From positions 1-42,219 of the forward strand of contig MFRH01000090.1 in the NCBI GenBank assembly GCA_001783275.1: a stretch of 42,219 nt of DNA, read 5' to 3'. The notes under the pieces were generated by a model. That model saw only the letters and a program-made list of their open reading frames with translations. It made no database searches and was not told the DNA's origin. The DNA is from Candidatus Margulisbacteria bacterium GWF2_35_9. Lineage in GTDB: Bacteria; Margulisbacteria; Riflemargulisbacteria; GWF2-35-9. The translations under genes and the position numbers were made by a program. This document shows positions 1 through 8,689 of this stretch, piece by piece (positions within the stretch are counted from its first letter, which is position 1; each line of letters opens with the position of its first letter).

Positions 1-609
1 AAGACCCATCTTGTCTTCAGGGTGTCCAAAGGAAAGCCCTTGGGCGTCCTTTTCGATGAGCAGCGCGCTCATTCCTTGTGAACCCTTCTCCGGGTCCGTC
101 CGGACAAGCACTAGGTAGACATCCGCTTCACCCGCTGACGTGATGAAGAATTTCGAACCGTTGACGATGTACTCGTCCCTGACGATCCTCGCTGTGGTGG
201 TGATCGCTCCCGCATTGCTGCCGCTGTTGGACTCATGCACGGCGAAAGCCCCCAAGGCCCGGCCTGCCGTCATCTTTGGAAGCCATTTTTCCCTGACAAG
301 GTCTGTTGCAGCCGTCTCGATGGCTTTTTCCGCTATGATGTGGGACACGGCCACCAGTGCCGTCGAGGCGCATGCACGGCCCAATTCGGTTGCAAGCAAT
401 GCAAAGTCTTTCCGCGAAGCGTTCGCGCCACCATGCTTTTCAGAAACGACCATTCCCAGAAGTCCAACGTCTGCGAGGACTTCGATTGCCTCGCGAGGAA
501 ATACTCCGTTTCTGTCACGCTCCCCGGCCGTTGGGGCAATCCGCTCCTTGGCGATCCGCCGGACGAGGTCTCTTTCCTCCTTCTCAATAAAACCCTTGCT
601 CTCTTCCAT
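1..609 (-). CDS. Acyl-CoA dehydrogenase, N-terminal part; runs off the left edge and is absent from the supplied ORF track
   Basis: Manual translation from ATG 609 with an AAGGAG SD: MEESKGFIEKEERDLVRRIAKERIAP...GAFAVHESNSGSNAGAITTTA...YIVNGSKFFITSAGEAD...GHPEDKMG, typical ACAD motifs. Confidence 0.93.
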   Translation of the reverse strand, partial: MEESKGFIEKEERDLVRRIAKERIAPTAGERDRNGVFPREAIEVLADVGLLGMVVSEKHGGANASRKDFALLATELGRACASTALVAVSHIIAEKAIETAATDLVREKWLPKMTAGRALGAFAVHESNSGSNAGAITTTARIVRDEYIVNGSKFFITSAGEADVYLVLVRTDPEKGSQGMSALLIEKDAQGLSFGHPEDKMGL

Positions 610-656
610 AGCTTTTTCTCCTTTCCATGTGCCATCACCTGGATGACTTATTAAGT

Positions 657-677
657 TATAAAGCAAACACTTAAATA
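657..677. promoter_or_regulatory. Putative ArsR-type operator upstream of the acyl-CoA dehydrogenase
   Basis: TATAAAGCAAACACTTAAATA matches 1126-1146 at 15/21 positions. Confidence 0.45.
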
Positions 678-698
678 TATGTCAAAAAAAATAGTTTC

Positions 699-1115
699 TT
701 ACTCCGTCGCTATTTCCTTAATCCTCGCACGCACTTCTTCAAGCTCCTTCTTGAGCTCCCGCTCGTATTTTTGCAGCAAAGTAAGCTTGTCCTCCGTTTT
801 TTCCAACTCCGCTTCCCGGACCCGACCGGTGTCCTTGCAGCCGCATGTGCAAACTTCAGTCAGGAGTTCCCGACACTTATCCAAGGCGGACTGATCGATC
901 TCGTAGGGTAGCCAGTATCCTTTCCGCTCGCTGCGGACCAGACCCGCATATCGGAGTATCTTCAGATGCTGCGACACGGCCGAAGCAGTGATTCCCAGCA
1001 CTTCGGACAGTTCGTTGACTCCGAGAGGACCTTTCTTCTTGAGCAGGTCAATAATCCTGATGCGCGACTCGACACCCAATACTTTGAAAAGGTCGGCTTG
1101 TTTGGTCTCGTTCAT
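699..1115 (-). CDS. ArsR/SmtB family transcriptional regulator with C-terminal CTCGC motif and coiled-coil tail
   Basis: LFKVLGVESRIRII...SAVSQHLKILRYAGLVRSERKG winged HTH; GGAG SD. Confidence 0.92.
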   Translation of the reverse strand: MNETKQADLFKVLGVESRIRIIDLLKKKGPLGVNELSEVLGITASAVSQHLKILRYAGLVRSERKGYWLPYEIDQSALDKCRELLTEVCTCGCKDTGRVREAELEKTEDKLTLLQKYERELKKELEEVRARIKEIATE

Positions 1116-1125
1116 AAATCTCTCC

Positions 1126-1146
1126 TATTCAGTAGATGCTTAAATA
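1126..1146. promoter_or_regulatory. Putative autoregulatory ArsR operator
   Basis: Imperfect palindrome TATTCAGTAGATGCTTAAATA adjacent to the SD. Confidence 0.5.
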
Positions 1147-1251
1147 CTACATCTGATAGAGAGCTTTGTAAAGCCCCTTTTCATTTTTTTGGGAGATTTT
1201 TTTTAGCATGCACCAGCTGCTTTTGGAGGACATTACGCAAGAAAGATCCTT

Positions 1252-1398
1252 CATAACAAAATGGAAATGACGAGTAGACGTGCGTATGGTTTTAGAAATT
1301 TTCAAAACTACAGAATGAAAGTGAGGGTTGCTTGTGCTTAATTTATATTTTAAAATCTATTTATCAAGAGTTGTTGCCCCCATTAATGTTGTAGAGCC
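1252..1398 (+). mobile_element. ISL3-family remnant: transposase C-terminus plus right inverted repeat
   Basis: 1252-1341 reads HNKMEMTSRRAYGFRNFQNYRMKVRVACA*, the ISL3 RRAYGFRNF signature; the element ends ...GTAGAGCC (GGCTCT-type terminus) at 1398. Confidence 0.85.
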
Positions 1399-1526
1399 TA
1401 GAGCCCTCATCCCAGTTTCAACAAGATTAATTGTTATCAACTAGGGAATCAGCGAGATATAATCGAGCGTTAAGGGAGGAATACTTGATTCCCCTCTTAA
1501 ATACGTTCAAGTTTTAACTAATCGAT

Positions 1527-1556
1527 TGGTCGGCCTTAGTGGACGACGTTCGAACC
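1527..1556. repeat. att-like repeat, copy 1
   Basis: TGGTCGGCCTTAGTGGACGACGTTCGAACC; 29/30 identical to copy 2. Confidence 0.9.
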
Positions 1557-1560
1557 ATTA

Positions 1561-2751
1561 TTAAGATTGAACTAACCAATCAAGTGCATAAATTTGTTTG
1601 ATTCCATTATGAGAAGATGCGGGTTCGTTATCCAATGTTAGTAAATATTTGGGATTATGATCTTTTATATTATTTAAGGATTCTAATTCTCTTCGAAGTG
1701 TATCTTCATGTTGAACAGTTTGCGCAACCTGGTAATATTCAACATTTCCATCCTTTAATGCAACAAAGTCTACTTCGAGGATTCCCACTTTTCCTACATA
1801 AACGTCATAACCTCTTCTGATAAGTTCTAAATAAACAATATTTTCTAAAATTCGACCCATATCCGTTTTTTTAGTTCCAAGCAAAAAATATCGCAGACCT
1901 ACGTCTACAGCGTAATATTTTTCATTTGTTTTCAAATATTGTTTGCCTTTGATGTCATAGCGGCTTGCTTTATATAAAATAAAAGAATCTAACAAAGCTG
2001 ATATATAGTTTTCAACAGTATGATTAGACACTTTCCTGCCAGCCGAAGTTAGGCTATCACTAATTTTTTTAATGGAAGTTATATTACCAATATTATCAAA
2101 CATATATTTCACGACACTTTCAAGAACAGCTACATCTGAAATGTTTTTTCTTGCAACCACATCTTTTAAGATGACAGTATTGTATATCCCATCTAAGTAT
2201 ATTCCGATTTGTTTAGAATCAAGTTCTATAGTGTATGGAAACGAGCTGTTAACAAGATAGTTCTTATATCTTGTCGGCAAGTCAGATTGTTCTGAAAATG
2301 CAGATAAATATTCTTGAAAAGATAATGGCAGTATTTTAATTTCAATATATCTTCCAGATAATAGAGTAGCTAGTTCACCTGATAGAAAATAAGCGTTTGA
2401 ACCAGTTATATATATATCTACGTTTTCTTTTATGTATAGTCCGTCAACAGCTTTTTGATAATCGGTAACATTTTGGATTTCATCTAAGAATACATAGTTC
2501 TTTTTATCTTTAGTTAAACGATTCTCAATATACTTATAAAGATTTTTGTAATCTTGTAGCTCTTCAAAATCAGGATTTTCAAAATTTATTGTTATAATTT
2601 GATTTGGATTTACATTATTTTTTAACAAGTAAGTTTGAAAAATATTGAGCAGGGTTGATTTTCCACCCCTGCGAATACCTGTGATGACCTTTATTAATTG
2701 TTTATCCTTAAAGCCAATAAGTTCATTTATGTATCTATCTCTCTTAATCAT
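1561..2751 (-). CDS. AAA_14 + DUF4143 ATP-binding protein
   Basis: GIRRGGKS Walker A, FLDEIQ Walker B, TGSN, LSGR, ENIVYLEL, EVDFVA...YYQV. Confidence 0.93.
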   Translation of the reverse strand: MIKRDRYINELIGFKDKQLIKVITGIRRGGKSTLLNIFQTYLLKNNVNPNQIITINFENPDFEELQDYKNLYKYIENRLTKDKKNYVFLDEIQNVTDYQKAVDGLYIKENVDIYITGSNAYFLSGELATLLSGRYIEIKILPLSFQEYLSAFSEQSDLPTRYKNYLVNSSFPYTIELDSKQIGIYLDGIYNTVILKDVVARKNISDVAVLESVVKYMFDNIGNITSIKKISDSLTSAGRKVSNHTVENYISALLDSFILYKASRYDIKGKQYLKTNEKYYAVDVGLRYFLLGTKKTDMGRILENIVYLELIRRGYDVYVGKVGILEVDFVALKDGNVEYYQVAQTVQHEDTLRRELESLNNIKDHNPKYLLTLDNEPASSHNGIKQIYALDWLVQS

Positions 2752-2798
2752 ATAGTGATTATAACCTACTTTAAATAGTTTTGGAAGTCAGCTTCCAT

Positions 2799-2877
2799 AA
2801 ATGCTGAATCTTGTACGTTTTTGGAAGCATGGTCGGCCTTAGTGGACGATGTTCGAACCGTACAAGATTCAGCATTT
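2799..2877. repeat. Perfect 19-bp inverted repeat enclosing att-like copy 2
   Basis: AAATGCTGAATCTTGTACG (2799-2817) / CGTACAAGATTCAGCATTT (2859-2877). Confidence 0.9.
2830..2859. repeat. att-like repeat, copy 2
   Basis: TGGTCGGCCTTAGTGGACGATGTTCGAACC, followed at about 2904 by CAGTCAAATGACAGTCAAATAAGA. Confidence 0.9.
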
Positions 2878-2943
2878 GGTCTTTTTCCCATCATAAATTT
2901 TGCCAGTCAAATGACAGTCAAATAAGATGCCTGAAATGTTTTA

Positions 2944-4186
2944 TTATTCCACATGCCAATATCCACCAGTTTTTTTACTTCCACGTCTTTCGATTAAATT
3001 TTTATCCGCCAGTTTTCGTATTTGTTTATCTACCGTATCAATAGGTCTATCCAGAATTTCTGAAAGCTCCTTCGCTTTTAGTCCCGGACTTTTTTTAATT
3101 GCATCAAACAATGAATTTAATCCGCCAATTTCTTCCGCCGGCTCTTTGATTTCTACCAACGCACCTTCGGCTTTAACCTGATTCTCCAAATCAAGTGCTT
3201 CTTGATCTATGGGAAAAGTAAGCCGAATGAATCTGGAAGCAAACGTGTAAGATTCTTTGGGATAAGCTCCCAAGATCCTTGGCATGCCTGAACCAAGATA
3301 TTCAACCATGTCTAAATCCTTAAAAACTCGCATGAGGGTCTTATTTCTTGGATTAGAATAGCCGGCAAAAAAGTCTTCCCGATCTTCTCCGGCAGAAATG
3401 TGCCCAGCAGAAGTAATTTCTATTCGGTCAGTAAATATTTCAAATTTGGGAACCAGCTCTGTTGTATAATCATTGTGAAGAATGGCATTGAGAATTGCCT
3501 CACGAAGAGCTACGGTATTCCAAAGGTTTTTATTAATTCTTTTATTTGAGGTAATTCTATTAATTGTTCTATTCTCAATAGTTTCCATCCTATCTAAAAT
3601 TCTCTTGCAAGTAGTTACTAAACAACCATAGCCGTATTCTTTGCTTTCTAAAAGATGAATACGGTCTGCTCCGGCGTACTTTGCCACTTGAGTAGAGTTT
3701 CCATTTTCATCAGCTAACAAATAGGCAGCATAATTATAAGCACCATCTTCGGTTAACAGTTCAAGGTTTGCTGTAAATTTATCACCAAGAGTAAGCCCAG
3801 CTTCCTGATAATAGATTTTTAACTGTTCAAAACTTAGATCTTGCCGAGGGGATTTGATTCGAGTAATGGAGTTTCGAGTTCGTCTGGCAAAAGCATCTTC
3901 AATCATCCTGACAGGCATTGGTTCAGTTGCACTGCCAATGCGGATAAAACATCCTTTTTCTGACATGCCGTATTTTTTGATATAGTATGGTTTTTCCGAA
4001 CCACTGGCTAAAGCCACTTTAATAATTTGTTTGTTGTCTCTAGTTTCGCAGATGACATCAAACAGTCCCAAACAAGATGGTAGAATATTATTCTTCAAAC
4101 GATCTTTTATTTTTAGTTGAACTGAATCTGCATCCTCGATGCCAAGAACATTTCCAGTTTTATCAAAAAATCCGAGATATATATAC
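2944..4186 (-). pseudogene. 5'-truncated AlbA_2/Schlafen-like + HATPase_c_4 + wHTH protein
   Basis: KPYY...CFIRIGSATEPM, REAILNAILHNDY, DRIEITSAG, NPRN, GSGM, RRGSKKTGGYW. Family resemblance starts abruptly at IYLG; the N-terminal ExK/AFxN part is missing. Confidence 0.75.
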
Positions 4187-4460
4187 GACAGCCATAGATT
4201 ACGACAAACAATCTGAGCAGGCACAGCTTTTTTTCAAAAAAGTACAGAACAAGATGCTCTGGGCGACTACCGGAAAAACGGCAGCGGAACTTATTGAATC
4301 ACGAAGCAATCCTGATGTTCCCAACATGGGCCTGACATCCTGGTGCGGCTCTATAGTAAGAAAACAAGATGTTGGTATTGCCAAGAATTATCTTAATGCG
4401 GATGAGATAAAAGACCTTAATGAGATCGTTACCATGTACCTCGATTATGCTGAGCGGCAG
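4158..4460 (+). pseudogene. Internal fragment of a RhuM-family (virulence RhuM) protein
   Basis: FYQKIRDIYTTAIDYD...FFKKVQNKMLWATTGKTAAELI...NMGLTSW...AKNYL...YLDYAERQ; both ends missing. Confidence 0.85.
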
Positions 4461-4519
4461 GTGATCTTGGTCGCTCAAAAAAACAATCTCTTGTATTTGT
4501 CATAATAAGAATTCCTTGT

Positions 4520-5227
4520 TTAAACTAAACCCACTCCGATTCCTGCTGCGATTAATAGAACACCACATATTTTTTTTATCAAGAAAACTGCCCGATTATT
4601 CCGGTTCCATTTCAGCCATGTTTCAGCTGCTTCTGTCAGAGTCCCTGCAAGGATAATTACGCTGCAATGCCCCAAGGCATACATCAATACTAATCCCAGC
4701 GAAAAGGTTAAATGTGTGCCAGCTGTTTGGAAGGCTACACCTAATACCGGCATCATAAAGGCAAACGTACAGGGCCCCAAGGCCATCCCCATTAAACCTC
4801 CTAATATCAAAGCTGCCAGATACCCTTTACGTTTAAAAAAGGAAAAATCAGTGTTAATAAAGGGCAGCCGGATAATTTCTAATAAATATATTCCAGTTAT
4901 CACTAATAACATGGCCAAAAGATAGTCACTTATAGGACCAATGTCTCCCATTATTCGTCCCATTAAAGAGGTAATAACAGCAATAACCGCAATAGACAGT
5001 AAAATACCTAAAGAAAAAAGCGTTGATAGTAAAAACGCTTTCTTTATAGATGGCTTTTCCTGACTGATTACCATGCCACTGACAAAACCAATAACCAGAG
5101 GAATACTGGATAAATGACAGGGGCTAAGCAATATGCTTAATATTCCCCAGACAAAAGCAGTTATTAATGCCAATACTGGGCTGCCATAAAGTGCTCCCGT
5201 TAGAGAATTAAACAAATCTAAAAGCAC
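4520..5227 (-). CDS. CcdA/DsbD-type transmembrane thiol-redox protein (ArsG-like position)
   Basis: LSPCHL and GPCT cysteine pair, multiple TM helices. Confidence 0.85.
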   Translation of the reverse strand: MLLDLFNSLTGALYGSPVLALITAFVWGILSILLSPCHLSSIPLVIGFVSGMVISQEKPSIKKAFLLSTLFSLGILLSIAVIAVITSLMGRIMGDIGPISDYLLAMLLVITGIYLLEIIRLPFINTDFSFFKRKGYLAALILGGLMGMALGPCTFAFMMPVLGVAFQTAGTHLTFSLGLVLMYALGHCSVIILAGTLTEAAETWLKWNRNNRAVFLIKKICGVLLIAAGIGVGLV

Positions 5228-5634
5228 TATTTAACACCTTCTTGTTTTAATATTTTTATTAATTCTTCTTTGGGGAAAAACCCTTCATGTCTGAAGTATT
5301 CTTTACCGTCCTTATCGAGAAATATCTGAGTCGGAATGGCTCTTATTTTATAATGTTGACCATAGGGTTGCCCCATTTTAGTCCACACATCGTAAAACAC
5401 AACCTTAACCTGTCCGGCGTATTCCTTTTCAACATCTGCCATAATTGGTTGCATCATCTTGCAAGGGATACATTTAACAGAACCTAATTCTATAAAAGTA
5501 ACGAGAGGCTGGCTGGTTACGATCGTTTCGCTGACATCTTTGGATGGGTCTGATTTAATAGAAACACCTTCTTTATTTAGTGCAAAAACAAGAGGAAATA
5601 AAATAAAAATTAATAGAATGATTTTCTTATTCAA
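5227..5634 (-). CDS. Exported thioredoxin family protein
   Basis: Signal peptide, CIPC motif, IPTQ cis-Pro. Confidence 0.9.
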   Translation of the reverse strand: MNKKIILLIFILFPLVFALNKEGVSIKSDPSKDVSETIVTSQPLVTFIELGSVKCIPCKMMQPIMADVEKEYAGQVKVVFYDVWTKMGQPYGQHYKIRAIPTQIFLDKDGKEYFRHEGFFPKEELIKILKQEGVK

Positions 5635-6146
5635 CTATACACCTCCTTATTTATTTTGGATTTAGCTTCAACATAAAACAGCTTTTCCAGATACAGATTA
5701 ATCTCTTTGATGAAACAAGACTTAAATGCGGGGTAGTCGTAAACAAAATTCCAGATTTCCCATGGCTTTTTGTAATCTTTCTCTTCAGAATCTTTAACTA
5801 AAACCAGAACTAAATCGTTGTGTTCTAGTTTGTACTTATCTTTGTAGGTGTTGCTATCAGGAGATATCGACAGGTTAACAATTATTAATTCAATTTGTTT
5901 TTTATCTATTTCTTTTTGATAGTTTTCTCCCAGAACCTTACAAATATTTTCTTCCATCCTGAGACAAAAATCGCAGCGATAATCCCCATGGAAATAGTAA
6001 ACTTTTATCTGGTTCTTAACCATAGCTGATGGAGAAACAATAATCGGCTCTCCCTTTGCCACAGCGATCGTGTTTTGCATAACTAAAGCGCCAAGACAAA
6101 CTGCAACGTATAATCCTTTAAGCGGTAATACTTTTGCTGATTTCAC
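5631..6146 (-). CDS. Exported thioredoxin-like protein, ArsF-like
   Basis: VYYFHGDYRCDFC motif, N-terminal hydrophobic segment, ars context. Confidence 0.7.
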   Translation of the reverse strand: MKSAKVLPLKGLYVAVCLGALVMQNTIAVAKGEPIIVSPSAMVKNQIKVYYFHGDYRCDFCLRMEENICKVLGENYQKEIDKKQIELIIVNLSISPDSNTYKDKYKLEHNDLVLVLVKDSEEKDYKKPWEIWNFVYDYPAFKSCFIKEINLYLEKLFYVEAKSKINKEVYS

Positions 6147-6501
6147 TTGTTACCTTATAAATAACATCGTTTGTAACGTCTGTTTTATTCTTTTCTACAC
6201 CATAATCGGTAGTAACATAATGCTCAAAAGGCAGGTTCAGATTTTCAAATATTTTTTTACCACATGCGACCGGGCAGCCGTCAATGACAATATTTTTGGC
6301 ACATTTGGCAGATTCGATAAAACCGGATAATCCAGCTCCGACAGCTGCAAGGCACGTCATTTTCCCATTGCCGTCTTTCATCATTTTACGAGCAACAGCA
6401 TCCGCCAGATAACCGGTGTTGGCTGCACCTGAACAGGCATAAATAAGTGTTAAACTATCACTTCCACAACTACAGCAATTAGACATAATTAATTCCTCCA
6501 A
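6118..6501 (-). CDS. DGC-domain putative zinc-binding protein
   Basis: YACSG, CLA, IDGCPVACG. Confidence 0.88.
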   Translation of the reverse strand: MEELIMSNCCSCGSDSLTLIYACSGAANTGYLADAVARKMMKDGNGKMTCLAAVGAGLSGFIESAKCAKNIVIDGCPVACGKKIFENLNLPFEHYVTTDYGVEKNKTDVTNDVIYKVTSEISKSITA

Positions 6502-6505
6502 ACTT

Positions 6506-6808
6506 TTATTTTTGAGCTAAATATTTTTCAAAAACCTCTTTATTCCAGCTTGTCTGGGTGGCCGCGGCCTGCGTGGCAACAATCAGGAGAGTTTCAGTAA
6601 TTTCCTGCCGTGACGCACCGCCAGCCAGCGCTTTTTTCAGATGGCTGTGCGTACAGTGCTGACAGCGGAGAACAGACGCTATAGCAAATTTAATTAACTC
6701 TTTAGTTTTTGTGTCCAAAAAACTTTCTTCGTTACTGGAAGCTTTCAAATTCTCCAGAGCATCACCAATCTTTGATCCTTTCGTGTACCAAGGCTTTTCT
6801 TCTGTCAT
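6506..6808 (-). CDS. Carboxymuconolactone decarboxylase / AhpD-like protein
   Basis: LDTKTKELI...RCQHCTHSH...GASRQEI. Confidence 0.88.
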   Translation of the reverse strand: MTEEKPWYTKGSKIGDALENLKASSNEESFLDTKTKELIKFAIASVLRCQHCTHSHLKKALAGGASRQEITETLLIVATQAAATQTSWNKEVFEKYLAQK

Positions 6809-6810
6809 AA

Positions 6811-7050
6811 CTATTCTCCTTTAATGTATTTGCTGATTTCAACCGGTGACGGTACTTTACCCACTGTTTTCACGATTCCGTCAATGACTAATGCCGGAGT
6901 CATCATTACGCCATAAGATTGAATCTTAGCCATTTCTTCAACTTTAACGATATCAGCTTCTATGCCAAGCTCAGCCACTGCCTGCTCGGCATTTTTATAA
7001 AGCACCTTACATTTCGGACACCCCATACCTAAAATTTCTATTTTTTTCAT
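6811..7050 (-). CDS. MTH895/ArsE-like small redox-active disulfide protein (Thioredoxin_3)
   Basis: ILGMGCPKC...YGVMMTPALVIDG...GKVP. Confidence 0.92.
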   Translation of the reverse strand: MKKIEILGMGCPKCKVLYKNAEQAVAELGIEADIVKVEEMAKIQSYGVMMTPALVIDGIVKTVGKVPSPVEISKYIKGE

Positions 7051-7063
7051 TTTTTTCTCCTCC

Positions 7064-8026
7064 TTAAAAAATTATATTTAATACCCATCCATTAATTGTG
7101 AAAAGAACTAGTAGCAATATAAAAAATGTTATTAGCAACCGAGGTTTCATTACCTGTTTTAGCATCATGAATTCTGGAAAACTTGCTGCTGACATACTCA
7201 TCATGAATGCTATCGCTGTTCCTATTGGCAGCCCTTTGTTGATTAAACTTTGAGCGACAGGTATCACTCCATTAACGTTGCTATATAATGGTATTCCTGT
7301 TAGTACAACCAGTGGTACATTCCACCATGCTCTGCCATGAAAATAAGTGCTGATAAATTCTTCGGGAATATATCCGTGGAGCAGTGCTCCTAATCCGACA
7401 CCAATTATAATGTATTTCCAAACCCTGCCTACGATTTCTTGTAACTCATATTTAGCAAATTCATGCCTGTCCTTTAAAGAAAGCTGTTTTTTTTCTGCTA
7501 CACGTTGTTGTATGTCATTTTGTTTGAAAACAAGTAGATGCTTTTCCGCTTTTGTTGCGTCAAAGAACCAGCCACCTACTATTCCAGATATCATGCCGAT
7601 AACTACATAGATAATCATAAATTTTAATCCTAGAATACTGCCTAATAAAAGTACTGCTACCTCATTTATCATTGGTGATGTTATAAGGAACGACATTGTA
7701 ATTCCAATTGGAATATTTGCTTGAGTAAATCCTAAGAATAAAGGAATGCTGGAGCAGGAACAAAACGGCGTTATTGCACCAAAGATCGATGCTAAAAAGT
7801 ATCCGATAAACCTATTCTTGCCAGATAGATAATCTCTTATAGTTTCAATGTTAATGGATGCCCGTATGACAGCAATTCCATAAACCATAATTACAAGTAA
7901 TACAAATATTTTTGATGTATCTTCTATAAAGAAATGGATGCTTTTTGCTAGATGAGAGTTCGCATTCATGTTGAAGAGATCATAAGTTAAATAGTCAGCA
8001 AGCACTGTAAATATTCTTAACATCAA
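7064..8026 (-). CDS. arsP: ArsP/DUF318 permease
   Basis: TPFCSCSSIP signature; two hydrophobic halves. Confidence 0.88.
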   Translation of the reverse strand: MMLRIFTVLADYLTYDLFNMNANSHLAKSIHFFIEDTSKIFVLLVIMVYGIAVIRASINIETIRDYLSGKNRFIGYFLASIFGAITPFCSCSSIPLFLGFTQANIPIGITMSFLITSPMINEVAVLLLGSILGLKFMIIYVVIGMISGIVGGWFFDATKAEKHLLVFKQNDIQQRVAEKKQLSLKDRHEFAKYELQEIVGRVWKYIIIGVGLGALLHGYIPEEFISTYFHGRAWWNVPLVVLTGIPLYSNVNGVIPVAQSLINKGLPIGTAIAFMMSMSAASFPEFMMLKQVMKPRLLITFFILLLVLFTINGWVLNIIF

Positions 8027-8368
8027 TTACTCCTTTGGTATCATTTCTCTATCGACGGACTTAATTTGTTCGATATCTTTTTGGATTATTTCGTCACTGC
8101 CGAGCCATTCCGATAGTACGCTTAATAGAATTTTTTCGTACGGTTGGGACGTAGGTGTTAAGTAGTAGTTTGTCCATAAGCCTTCTTGTTCACTCATAAT
8201 GAGACCGGCATCTTTCATTTTTTTTAAATGTTGCGAAACACTGGGTTGCTTAATTTGTAATACATAGGCTATTTCGCATACACAGCATCGTTTTGCTTCA
8301 AGCATCTTATATATACGAAGTCTGTTTTTATCAGATAATATCTTTAGAATTTGCTCTACTTTATTCAT
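8027..8368 (-). CDS. arsR: ArsR family regulator (start revised to ATG 8368)
   Basis: CCVCEI metalloid-binding motif, SVSQHL; GGAG SD before MNKVEQ. The longer ORF-track start would run through the operator. Confidence 0.9.
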   Translation of the reverse strand: MNKVEQILKILSDKNRLRIYKMLEAKRCCVCEIAYVLQIKQPSVSQHLKKMKDAGLIMSEQEGLWTNYYLTPTSQPYEKILLSVLSEWLGSDEIIQKDIEQIKSVDREMIPKE

Positions 8369-8382
8369 ATCGTGCTCCATCC

Positions 8383-8402
8383 ATATAGGCAGTTGCCTAT
8401 AT
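8383..8402. promoter_or_regulatory. ArsR operator
   Basis: Perfect 9-2-9 palindrome ATATAGGCA-GT-TGCCTATAT just upstream of the SD. Confidence 0.8.
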
Positions 8403-8500
8403 AATAAAACAATTACGATCAATATTCAATATGATTTTTTAAAAAATTCAACTTTTTTAATTTGTTTGTTGTCTATATGTTTAATTCCTATCTAATCATG

Positions 8501-8530
8501 TGGTCGGGCTTAGTGGACGATGTTCGAATC
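8501..8530. repeat. att-like repeat, copy 3
   Basis: TGGTCGGGCTTAGTGGACGATGTTCGAATC (28/30 vs copy 2), followed at about 8545 by CAGTCAAATGACAGTCAAATAAGA. Confidence 0.9.
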
Positions 8531-8617
8531 ATTGTGAGGGATAGCAGTCAAATGACAGTCAAATAAGAATTCTAAAATATTTCATTTTTTGCATCTATGT
8601 TTAAAATTTGACATTTG

Positions 8618-8689
8618 TGGTATAGTATTAATATCTCAACTACCTATGGTAGAAGGAGTAACGAAAACGTCTCTATCGAGGCGTTTTTT
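8618..8689 (+). ncRNA. Candidate small RNA of about 57 nt (8633-8689) with its promoter and terminator, convergent on the 8673 ORF
   Basis: Extended -10 TGgTATAGT (8618-8626), hairpin CTACC-TAT-GGTAG, terminator AAAACGTCTC-TATC-GAGGCGTTTTTT. Confidence 0.5.

Noticed and set aside
140-654. ORFs 140..646, 235..654, 333..638 and 357..590
   Set aside because: Shadows of the minus-strand acyl-CoA dehydrogenase (1..609)
4469-4474. TGGTCG at the RhuM/ccdA boundary as a fourth att site
   Set aside because: Only 6 bp match; the rest of the repeat is absent
1527-8530. 30-bp repeats as a CRISPR array, tRNA genes or attC sites
   Set aside because: Spacing is kilobases and there are no cas genes. There is no cloverleaf despite the GTTCGAA...CCA look on the minus strand, and no clear RYYYAAC/GTTRRRY attC boxes or integron integrase.
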